Shown: positions 17,427 to 24,416 of the stretch, one piece after another
How positions within the stretch are numbered: the first letter of the stretch is position 1
Layout: each line of letters starts with the position of its first letter
Virus record (IMG/VR): IMGVR_UViG_3300020048_000030
DNA length: 24,416 nt
Direction: 5' to 3' (one strand)
Source: an uncultured virus (IMG/VR IMGVR_UViG_3300020048_000030)
Lineage: Duplodnaviria; Heunggongvirae; Uroviricota; Caudoviricetes
Made by a program: the position numbers and the translations under genes
Notes under the pieces: generated by a model
What the model saw: the letters and a program-made list of their open reading frames with translations, nothing else
Database searches by the model: none
What the model was told of the DNA's origin: nothing

Positions 17427-17458
17427 TATATATTTAGTTTTAAATGTCATTTTTTTCT
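17427..17458 (-). promoter_or_regulatory. Putative extended late promoter AGAAAAAAATGACATTT-N6-AAATATATA
   Basis: Same architecture and spacing as 1239-1270. Confidence 0.65.
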
Positions 17459-18592
17459 AAACTTATTTAATCTTTTCAATATATACTTATATGGTAGAAA
17501 TTACATCAGAAATTTTAATTGAAAAATTAAAAGTAGTTCATAATAATAAATATGAATACCCATTATTTAATTATACTAATATGCATATGAAATTAAAAAT
17601 TATATGTAAAGAACATGGTGTATTTGAACAAAGTGCTCATTCACACTTAAAGGGATATGGTTGTCCAAAATGTAAATTTGATAAATTAAAAAATATTTTT
17701 AGTCATAATAAAGAAAAATTCATAGAAAATGCAAATAAAGTACATAATTTTGAATATGATTATCATTTAGTTGATTATATTAATGCACATGCAAAAGTAA
17801 AAATAATATGTCCTATTCACGGTATTTTTGAACAAATTCCTAATAATCATATAAGTAAAAAACAAGGGTGTCCTCTTTGTTCTTATGATAATAAAAAATT
17901 AGATTATTATAGTACATTAGAAAAATTAAAAATAATACATAATAATAAATATGACTATTCATTAAATACTATTATTGAATCCACAAATAAATTAAAAATT
18001 ATTTGTTCTATTCATGGTGAATTTAAACAAAAATTACACATTCATATGGATGGTCATGGGTGTCCAAAATGTGGTACTAATAAAATAACAAAAACAGAAA
18101 ATATATTCATAGAAGAATCTAATTTAATTCATAATAATAAATATGATTATTCTTTAGTAGATTATAAAAATGCCTATACTAAAGTAAAAATAATATGTCC
18201 TATTCATGGTGAATTTTTACAAACACCCCAATCTCATTTAAATGGTAGTGGTTGTCCAATTTGTAAATCATCAAAAGGTGAAAAAATAATAAAAGAATTT
18301 TTAGAAAATAATAATATTGAATTTGAAACACAGAAAAAATTTAAAGATTGTAAAAATGAAAAATCATTAAAATTTGATTTTTATCTTTTAGATTATAATA
18401 CTTGTATAGAATTTGATGGTAAACAACATTTTGAATCAGTTGAACATTTTGGTGGAATTAAAGCATTTCATAAACAACAATTAAGAGATAAAATTAAAAC
18501 TGAATTTTGTAAAAATAATAATATAAATTTAATAAGAATTAAATATGATGAAAATATTCAAACTATATTATATAATGTCATTTTTTCCTAAA
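17443..18592 (+). mobile_element. Endonuclease cassette bounded by a 19-nt imperfect direct repeat
   Basis: aatgtcatttttttctaaa (17443-17461) and aatgtcattttttcctaaa (18574-18592) differ by one base and flank the nuclease ORF. Confidence 0.55.
17491..18591 (+). CDS. Homing-endonuclease-like protein: four H-N-K-Y-D-Y/CPxHG..GCPxC Zn repeats (DUF723-like) plus PD-(D/E)XK (Vsr/DUF559-like) nuclease
   Basis: Repeats HNNKYDYS...KVKIICPIHGEF.Q....HL.G.GCP.C; tail SKGEKII...FDFYL...CIEFDGKQHF...RDKIK..FC..NNI.LIRI. Confidence 0.82.
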   Translation: MVEITSEILIEKLKVVHNNKYEYPLFNYTNMHMKLKIICKEHGVFEQSAHSHLKGYGCPKCKFDKLKNIFSHNKEKFIENANKVHNFEYDYHLVDYINAHAKVKIICPIHGIFEQIPNNHISKKQGCPLCSYDNKKLDYYSTLEKLKIIHNNKYDYSLNTIIESTNKLKIICSIHGEFKQKLHIHMDGHGCPKCGTNKITKTENIFIEESNLIHNNKYDYSLVDYKNAYTKVKIICPIHGEFLQTPQSHLNGSGCPICKSSKGEKIIKEFLENNNIEFETQKKFKDCKNEKSLKFDFYLLDYNTCIEFDGKQHFESVEHFGGIKAFHKQQLRDKIKTEFCKNNNINLIRIKYDENIQTILYNVIFS

Positions 18593-18625
18593 AACTTTTA
18601 ATAATTCATTAACTATATTATATAA
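18591..18625 (+). promoter_or_regulatory. Putative AAAACTTT-N15-TATAT promoter of guaC
   Basis: Matches 11351-11379; aactatattatataa is duplicated at 18561-18575 and 18611-18625. Confidence 0.5.
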
Positions 18626-18642
18626 ATTAAAACTAAAAATAT

Positions 18643-19587
18643 ATGAATAAAAAATTCGATTTTGATGATATTAATCTTATTCCAAGATATAGTACAGTAA
18701 ATAGTAGACAAGAATGTGATACCAGTATTAAAATTGGTAATTATACATTTAAAAATCCAGTCATTCCAGCAAATATGGAATCTGTTATTAATGAAGAATT
18801 AGCAATTCAATTGGCTAAAAATGGATATTTCTATGTTATGCATAGATTTGGTACTGATAATATAGAATTTATTGGTTATATGAAACAAAATAATTTAATA
18901 TCATCTATATCAATTGGTGTAAATGAAGATTCATATCATTTAATTGATAATCTAGTAAAATCTAACTTAATTCCGGATTATATAACTATTGATATTGCAC
19001 ATGGTCATTGTAAAAAAATGAAATTAATGTTAAAATATCTTAAAGAAAAATTACCAAGTGTCTTTGTAATTGCAGGAAATGTAGCAAGTATTGATGCCAC
19101 CGTTGACTTAGATAATTGGGGTGCAGATGCAATAAAGGTAGGTATTGGACCGGGTTCAGCATGTACAACATATCCTACTACTGGATTTGGAAGTAGAAAT
19201 ATTCAAGCATCAGTTGTAAATGATTGTGCAAGTGTAACAAAGAAACATATTATATGTGATGGTGGTATAAGGAATCCGGGTGATATTGCTAAATCTATTG
19301 TAATGGGTGCTTCTTTGATAATGATTGGTGGAATGTTATCATCTTTTATTGATTCACCAGGAAAAATTATTACTATGGATGGTATTCAATATAAAGAATT
19401 TTATGGAAGTGCATCAGCAAGACAAAGTAATAAGACAAATAGAATAGAAGGTACTGTTAAATTAAATAAAATTAAAAATACCACAATGGTAGAATATATG
19501 GAATATCTTTCTGAATGTCTTCAATCTTCAATAAGTTATGGTGGTGGAAAAAAATTAACAGACTTACATTCTGTAAAATGGATATAA
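18643..19587 (+). CDS. guaC: GMP reductase (short GuaC type 2), auxiliary metabolic gene
   Basis: FDFDDINLIP, PVIPANM, GYFYVMHRF, ITIDIAHGH, KVGIGPGSACTT (catalytic Cys), ICDGGIR..GDIAK, EFYGSAS and LQSSISYGGG motifs; no CBS insert. Confidence 0.93.
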   Translation: MNKKFDFDDINLIPRYSTVNSRQECDTSIKIGNYTFKNPVIPANMESVINEELAIQLAKNGYFYVMHRFGTDNIEFIGYMKQNNLISSISIGVNEDSYHLIDNLVKSNLIPDYITIDIAHGHCKKMKLMLKYLKEKLPSVFVIAGNVASIDATVDLDNWGADAIKVGIGPGSACTTYPTTGFGSRNIQASVVNDCASVTKKHIICDGGIRNPGDIAKSIVMGASLIMIGGMLSSFIDSPGKIITMDGIQYKEFYGSASARQSNKTNRIEGTVKLNKIKNTTMVEYMEYLSECLQSSISYGGGKKLTDLHSVKWI

Positions 19588-19593
19588 TATATT

Positions 19594-20070
19594 ATGGTAT
19601 TACTACCTAATATACCTAAACTTTCAGAAGAGATAAATATTGCATTATGTGGATTTGATTTTAATGATCTCCCATATTTATCTCTTGCAGTAATTAAAAT
19701 GGATTCTTATACAATTACATTTAGTGTTGAAGTTGTAAATGATAATAAAATAGAACCATTAGAAACTATTATAAATATGATAAGAACAGATAGTATTATA
19801 ACAGTTATTAAAACCAATATAAGTAAAGAAGGGGTAGTTCTTTTTAAAACAATATTTAATAAATTTAAATTTTTAAGTATTAATAATTTATTGGAATTAG
19901 ATTATACTAATAGTGATTATATGAAAATTGATGTATCATATACATTTGAAGATATAGAATTTATAAATTGTAATGATTTACAAAAAGAAAGAACTATTAA
20001 AATTAATAAACTACTGAAAAGAGAATTTAAATATCCTTATTTGACAAAAAAAGAATTAAATATAAAATAA
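19594..20070 (+). CDS. Hypothetical protein with C-terminal RxxKIxKL motif
   Basis: 158-aa ORF 6 nt after guaC; contains QKERTIKINKLL near the C-terminus. Confidence 0.65.
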   Translation: MVLLPNIPKLSEEINIALCGFDFNDLPYLSLAVIKMDSYTITFSVEVVNDNKIEPLETIINMIRTDSIITVIKTNISKEGVVLFKTIFNKFKFLSINNLLELDYTNSDYMKIDVSYTFEDIEFINCNDLQKERTIKINKLLKREFKYPYLTKKELNIK

Positions 20071-20071
20071 T

Positions 20072-20102
20072 TTTGTTAATTCAATTTCTTTATCTATCTT
20101 TG
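20072..20102 (+). promoter_or_regulatory. Bacteroidota-type housekeeping promoter (-33 TTTG, -7 TATCTTTG)
   Basis: TTTG 20072-20075, 19-nt spacer, TATCTTTG 20095-20102, ATG at 20120. Confidence 0.78.
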
Positions 20103-20119
20103 TAGAATAATTTAAAACT

Positions 20120-20287
20120 ATGAGTACTATAAAAGAACAACTTCTTCGTAAAATCGCAGATAGAATCAGAAACAATGTAGGTATTATTGAATTTACTGAT
20201 GAACGTGAAGCAGAATTAGAAATTACTGATTGTATGAAATTAATTGAAGATGATTTAAAACTTTATCAAATAAGAAAAAAATTATGA
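20120..20287 (+). CDS. 55-aa hypothetical early protein (not in ORF track)
   Basis: MSTIKEQLLRKIADRIRNNVGIIEFTDEREAELEITDCMKLIEDDLKLYQIRKKL; follows the promoter; ATGA overlap with 20284. Confidence 0.72.
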   Translation: MSTIKEQLLRKIADRIRNNVGIIEFTDEREAELEITDCMKLIEDDLKLYQIRKKL

Positions 20288-20520
20288 CAGCAAATGATGA
20301 ATTTGACATATATGGAAACCCTATTGGATTTATCCCTGATGATATTAAAAAGGGTGATGTAGTATCTTACATAGATGCTAGGTCTAAAAAAACAAAAAAA
20401 GGATCTATCACTTTTTATGTAAAGTTAGTAGGAATATGGGATGGTGAAAAAGTTGAGTTTATTGAAGATAATGAAAAAACAATTGTTAGAACTATAAATT
20501 GGCTTAAATTAGAAAAATAA
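20284..20520 (+). CDS. Small beta-rich hypothetical protein
   Basis: 78-aa ORF in a coupled operon; IKKGDVV is KOW/SH3-like (tentative). Confidence 0.7.
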   Translation: MTANDEFDIYGNPIGFIPDDIKKGDVVSYIDARSKKTKKGSITFYVKLVGIWDGEKVEFIEDNEKTIVRTINWLKLEK

Positions 20521-20528
20521 AAAACACT

Positions 20529-20919
20529 ATGAGCAGAACATTAAGAAATTACAAAGGGATTGAATATCCTGAAAAAACAAGGAAGAAATTAAAAGATAAA
20601 AAATTCTTTGGTACTTGATAAGTATCCTAATACATTATTTATTGGTACATCTAATATGTCAAATGAATTTCCAGTAAGTGAAAAGGGTGATTCAGTAAAA
20701 ATTAACTTTGTATCTGGTGCAGATGAAGGTGAAATCTTTATTGATAAATTTGATAACTTACACCTTAATTTTAAGAAAACTACTGCTCAAATGGGTAAGG
20801 TTGTACAAGATTCATTAGTAGATGTAAGAATTGATAATGAAAATGTAGATAATAGTGTCAAATCTAAATTAGAAAATATGACACCAGAAGAGAAAAAAGA
20901 ATTTATTAAAAATAAGTAA
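20529..20919 (+). pseudogene. Hypothetical gene split by an apparent +1 frameshift at an A6 run (20598-20603); may be a sequencing error
   Basis: ATG 20529 gives MSRTLRNYKGIEYPEKTRKKLKDKKFFGT*. Removing one A fuses it to the 20608-20919 frame (…KLKDKNSLVLDKYPN…). Confidence 0.5.
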
Positions 20920-20920
20920 A

Positions 20921-21286
20921 ATGAATAAAAAATTATTAGATGAATCATTTCTATCATTTACTGAAGATGAATTATGGGAGATGGCTAATATAAGTGATAA
21001 AGGAACTGGTATTAAAGATGTAGTAATATGGGTTGGTGCACCACCAGAATCATATGAACACAGGATTAAAGTTTGTAATATTCCTAATCAGCTTAAAAGT
21101 AATAATTGTTTTATTTTAACTATATCAGATTTTAGGATAATTGGAGAAGTAGATACATCTTTTATTGATGAAGAAAAATTAAATAAAATTATTGAATTTA
21201 TTAAAATAAATATGGATACTATAATTTTATATTCTGAATATCAAACTTCTACTGATGTTTTTTTAAATAATCTAATAAAAGTATGA
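20921..21286 (+). CDS. Hypothetical protein (LWEMANI..TG..VVIWV...HRIKV; possibly DUF4160-like)
   Basis: 121-aa ORF, 1 nt after the previous stop; family call tentative. Confidence 0.6.
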   Translation: MNKKLLDESFLSFTEDELWEMANISDKGTGIKDVVIWVGAPPESYEHRIKVCNIPNQLKSNNCFILTISDFRIIGEVDTSFIDEEKLNKIIEFIKINMDTIILYSEYQTSTDVFLNNLIKV

Positions 21287-21468
21287 TAAAATTTTCAGAT
21301 ATATCAAATGATTTTATTAAATTAAAAATTAAAAAAGTTTGTATAAAAACCATAGGTATTATACCTAATAATGATTCTATTATTAGTATTAATGATAATA
21401 ATGAATTGGATGGTTTAATTGTAATTGAAGGTGTAGAATATAATTTTAAAAATAAAAATTTAATATAA
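21283..21468 (+). CDS. Small hypothetical protein
   Basis: 61 aa; ATGA overlap with the upstream ORF; ends at the terminator. Confidence 0.6.
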   Translation: MIKFSDISNDFIKLKIKKVCIKTIGIIPNNDSIISINDNNELDGLIVIEGVEYNFKNKNLI

Positions 21469-21469
21469 T

Positions 21470-21502
21470 AAAAAAGGTGAAGAGTTATTCTTCACCTTTT
21501 TT
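21470..21502. terminator. Bidirectional intrinsic terminator
   Basis: aaaaaaggtgaaga-gttat-tcttcacctttttt between convergent genes; the methyltransferase stop lies in the loop. Confidence 0.85.
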
Positions 21503-22324
21503 TCTTTTTATAATCATTTTTAAATGTGTTTTTTCTTTTAAATCAATATCAAAATCTTTTTTTACTTCTTGTTTTATAAAATCATAAAGATAATGTTCTT
21601 CATATATAATATTCCAATCATTAGGAATTCTTTTAGTTTTAAGATATTCTATTGTAATAGGTAAATAATTTTCTTTTAATTCTCTTTTCCAATTATCAGC
21701 ATATCTGTACTTAAGTAACCAATGTAATAATGTTCTAAAACTACCATCTATTTTTCCCCAATGTTCTTCAAATTCTTGTAACATTTTTGGGTCTGATTTT
21801 TCTCTAACTTTTTTAATATCTTCTGGATTAATTTGTCCAAAATTCGATGAACATATCATATCTCTAATGATTACATAATCAAAATTTCTATTGAATACTT
21901 GTTTCCAAAAATGACTTGTATTTTTACCACCTGCATAAGAATAAACTTCATGTATAACACTAGATAATAATATTCCTTTATTTTTATTTCTATATTCAAA
22001 ACTATTTAATAATGTCATAATTTCTTCCCAATTATCAGTAAAATGAATATGTGGATATTTTTTCTTAGACATATTAATCATATTTTCATCAATATCATAT
22101 CCAATTAATTTAATATCAGAATTTATAGTTGACAAATAATTTAATAAATGACCATCTGCTGAACCAAAATCAACCAATACATTAACATCAATCTTATCAA
22201 GAAAAAATAATTTATCATAAATACCTTTACTCATACCTTCTAAATATTTATCCCTATTTTCTATTGATATTTTACCAACATTGAATTCTAATAAAAAGTC
22301 TTTAAATGTTTTAATTTTTTTCAT
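21485..22324 (-). CDS. Class I SAM-dependent methyltransferase with capsid-targeting-like leader
   Basis: Motif I LVDFGSADG, motif II GYDID, SSVIHEVY and IIRD; leader MKKIKTFKDFLLE; TAATATATA at 22331-22339. Confidence 0.8.
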   Translation of the reverse strand: MKKIKTFKDFLLEFNVGKISIENRDKYLEGMSKGIYDKLFFLDKIDVNVLVDFGSADGHLLNYLSTINSDIKLIGYDIDENMINMSKKKYPHIHFTDNWEEIMTLLNSFEYRNKNKGILLSSVIHEVYSYAGGKNTSHFWKQVFNRNFDYVIIRDMICSSNFGQINPEDIKKVREKSDPKMLQEFEEHWGKIDGSFRTLLHWLLKYRYADNWKRELKENYLPITIEYLKTKRIPNDWNIIYEEHYLYDFIKQEVKKDFDIDLKEKTHLKMIIKRKKGEE

Positions 22325-22377
22325 AATTATTATATATTAAATTTTATGAATTGATTATTTTTAATATATATATTTAT

Positions 22378-23445
22378 ATGAAAGATAGAAAACCAATGGG
22401 GTATTGGACTAAAGAAAAATGTCAAGAAGTTACTTTACAATTTGATAATAAAAGTGATTTTATGAAAAATTATTTAGGTGCATATAAATCATGTTTAAGA
22501 AATAATTGGTTAGATGAAGTTTGTTCTCATATGAAACAATTTAGAAAACCAGATGGTTATTGGACTAAGGAAAAATGTCAAGAAGAATTGGGCATTATTC
22601 ATAATTATAAATATGATTATTCACTATTTAAGTTTATAGATTTTAAAACTAAAGTTAAAATAATTTGTCCTATCCATGGAGAGTTTGAACAGAGATTTGA
22701 TCATCATTTAAATGGGCATAGGTGTAAAAGATGTAAAGGATTTGAAATATTAAATCATGAAGATTTTATGAAAAGATCGAATGAAGTACATAATAATAAA
22801 TATAAATATCCATTTAATGATTATAAGAATAATCATACTAAAGTTAAAATAATTTGTCCTATACATGGTGAATTTGAACAAATACCCAGTGGTCATTTAA
22901 ATGGTAAAGGTTGTAGAAGATGTAAAGGAATTGAAGTATTAAATCAGCAAGATTTTATAAAAAAATCAAGTGAAGTACATAATTTTGAATATGATTATTC
23001 ATTATCTGATTATATTAATGCAAAAACTAAAGTTAAAATTATTTGTAAAAATCATGGAGTATTTGAACAAACACCAGATAATCATATTTCAAAAAAACAA
23101 GGATGTCCGTATTGTAATAAAAGTGTAGGTGAAGAAAAAATAAAAAAATATTTGGATGAATTTAAAATTGATTATAACAGACAATATAATTTATATGAAG
23201 AAAACAAAAAACATCCATTAAGAGCAGATTTTTATTTACCTAAATATAATTTAATCATAGAATATAATGGAACTCAACACTATAATGAAATTAAATATTT
23301 TGGTGGATTAAAAACATTAATAGATATTAAAGATAGAGATAGAAGAAAAAAATTAATATGTGAAAAAAATAATATTAAATTAATTATAATACCATATACT
23401 AAATTCAATGAAATAAAAAATATTTTATTAACAAATATAATTTAA
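22378..23445 (+). CDS. Chimeric homing-endonuclease-like protein: WTKEKC repeat + three CPxHG Zn repeats + PD-(D/E)XK nuclease
   Basis: The likely start is ATG 22378 (MKDRKPMGYWTKEKC), not TTG 22351; tail SVGEEKI...ADFYLP...IEYNGTQHY...RD..K...C..NNI.LIIIPY; its stop shares TTAA with the gp15-like gene. Confidence 0.8.
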   Translation: MKDRKPMGYWTKEKCQEVTLQFDNKSDFMKNYLGAYKSCLRNNWLDEVCSHMKQFRKPDGYWTKEKCQEELGIIHNYKYDYSLFKFIDFKTKVKIICPIHGEFEQRFDHHLNGHRCKRCKGFEILNHEDFMKRSNEVHNNKYKYPFNDYKNNHTKVKIICPIHGEFEQIPSGHLNGKGCRRCKGIEVLNQQDFIKKSSEVHNFEYDYSLSDYINAKTKVKIICKNHGVFEQTPDNHISKKQGCPYCNKSVGEEKIKKYLDEFKIDYNRQYNLYEENKKHPLRADFYLPKYNLIIEYNGTQHYNEIKYFGGLKTLIDIKDRDRRKKLICEKNNIKLIIIPYTKFNEIKNILLTNII

Positions 23446-24272
23446 AAATTTTCTTTTGGTGTATTATTCCATCTTTCTTTACCATCTGGTTTATCATCAT
23501 CATATAAGTCATTATCCCATATCCAATTCTTCCAATAAACAGCTCTAATTTTAGATAAATCTTTTGGATCTTTTAATGCTGGTTTAGTTTTACACATACG
23601 AGACCAGTCTATATCATCATCATTATCACATATAATATAATCATCTGTATCTTCATAAAAAGAAGGATAATAACTATCCACAGTTAATGTAAACTTAATA
23701 TGTTTTTTAGTATCTGCATCTAAATTTTGTTCTCTTACAATTTCAATTGATTTATCATCAGGTAATGCAAAAACTGCATCTATTTTTATACCATAATAAT
23801 CAATGTTCATAAACATATAATTAAATAACATATTCATTATTTTTTCAGAACACTTATATACGTCTATTTCTGTCATTAATACTATATCTATATCATATGT
23901 AAGTTTAACTGGTATTCCTTTTGTTTTTTGTAGAAATGATTTCATTTCACCATTAATAACTGCATTTTTAGATATATATGTATTAGGGTTAGCAAATTCA
24001 GCTGTATTTGTTGTAAATCCATTAAATGTAATAACACCCCTTGGAATTTGGTCAGTATTTAATTCAATTCTTGATGAAACAATATCATCTACAAATGCAT
24101 CTAGAACAAATTTTTCACTACCTGCCATAGACATATAAAAAGGAACAACCACTCTTTGTTTTGTATCACTAAAGTAATTAACCCAAGTTATACAACGACC
24201 AAGTGTTTTAGTTAATGCTACACTAATCATTCTAAAATAAGAATCATCAAAATTTCTTTGTTCACCTATCAT
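23442..24272 (-). CDS. T4 gp15-like tail terminator / tail sheath stabilizer
   Basis: DSYFRMISVA.....VVVPFY...IPRG.I.F...GIPVKLTYDIDI...D....EKI pattern typical of the gp15 family; late promoter core 20 nt upstream. Confidence 0.65.
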   Translation of the reverse strand: MIGEQRNFDDSYFRMISVALTKTLGRCITWVNYFSDTKQRVVVPFYMSMAGSEKFVLDAFVDDIVSSRIELNTDQIPRGVITFNGFTTNTAEFANPNTYISKNAVINGEMKSFLQKTKGIPVKLTYDIDIVLMTEIDVYKCSEKIMNMLFNYMFMNIDYYGIKIDAVFALPDDKSIEIVREQNLDADTKKHIKFTLTVDSYYPSFYEDTDDYIICDNDDDIDWSRMCKTKPALKDPKDLSKIRAVYWKNWIWDNDLYDDDKPDGKERWNNTPKENF

Positions 24273-24292
24273 AAACTATTTGTATTTTTCTT

Positions 24293-24301
24293 TATATATA
24301 A
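24293..24301 (-). promoter_or_regulatory. Putative late promoter core TTATATATA
   Basis: 20 nt upstream of ATG 24272; context identical to the 3461 site. Confidence 0.6.
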
Positions 24302-24416
24302 AATAAAAACAATTATAAAATGTTTAATATAAACTCAATTAGAGGTGAATATATTTATTCTTTATTTATTAATAATAAACATCTTATATTAGATTGGCCA
24401 AGACAAACAGGTAAAA

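Noticed and set aside
7123..23445. Group I introns or inteins hosting the endonucleases
   Set aside because: Flanking genes (gp4, gp2, gp55, guaC, gp15-like) appear complete, and there is no non-coding space for a ribozyme; the nucleases are free-standing.
1..24416. Stop-codon reassignment as in some jumbo phages
   Set aside because: Core genes are intact in code 11 with high coding density, and TGA serves as a stop in ATGA overlaps; no fragmentation suggesting TAG/TGA read-through.

Overview
A very AT-rich segment of a T4-like (myovirus-type, probably jumbo) phage genome read in the standard genetic code. The host is probably Bacteroidota: two canonical TTTG-N19/20-TAnnTTTG promoters are present and there are no obvious Shine-Dalgarno sites. 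The minus strand carries late/head genes: a gp15-like tail terminator, gp55 late sigma factor, gp4 head completion nuclease, gp2 DNA end protector, gp20 portal, and a gp21 prohead protease fused to a 14-aa-repeat scaffold (runs off the left edge). These are interspersed with four free-standing homing-endonuclease-like genes, GMP reductase (guaC), a membrane-anchored receiver domain and small plus-strand ORFs. Four observations stand out. (1) At least seven unrelated proteins (HAD-like, HExxH protease, ART-like/Nudix fusion, SAM methyltransferase, unknowns) begin with a T4 internal-protein-like capsid-targeting leader, suggesting a set of virion-packaged enzymes. (2) Two unannotated mini-ORFs resemble fragments of the portal crown and the major capsid protein (possible decoys). 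(3) A WWATATATA late-promoter motif and further promoter classes recur. (4) Three nucleases sit back-to-back with late promoters and share or swap repeat modules. All functional calls come from motif recognition by eye; no searches were run.
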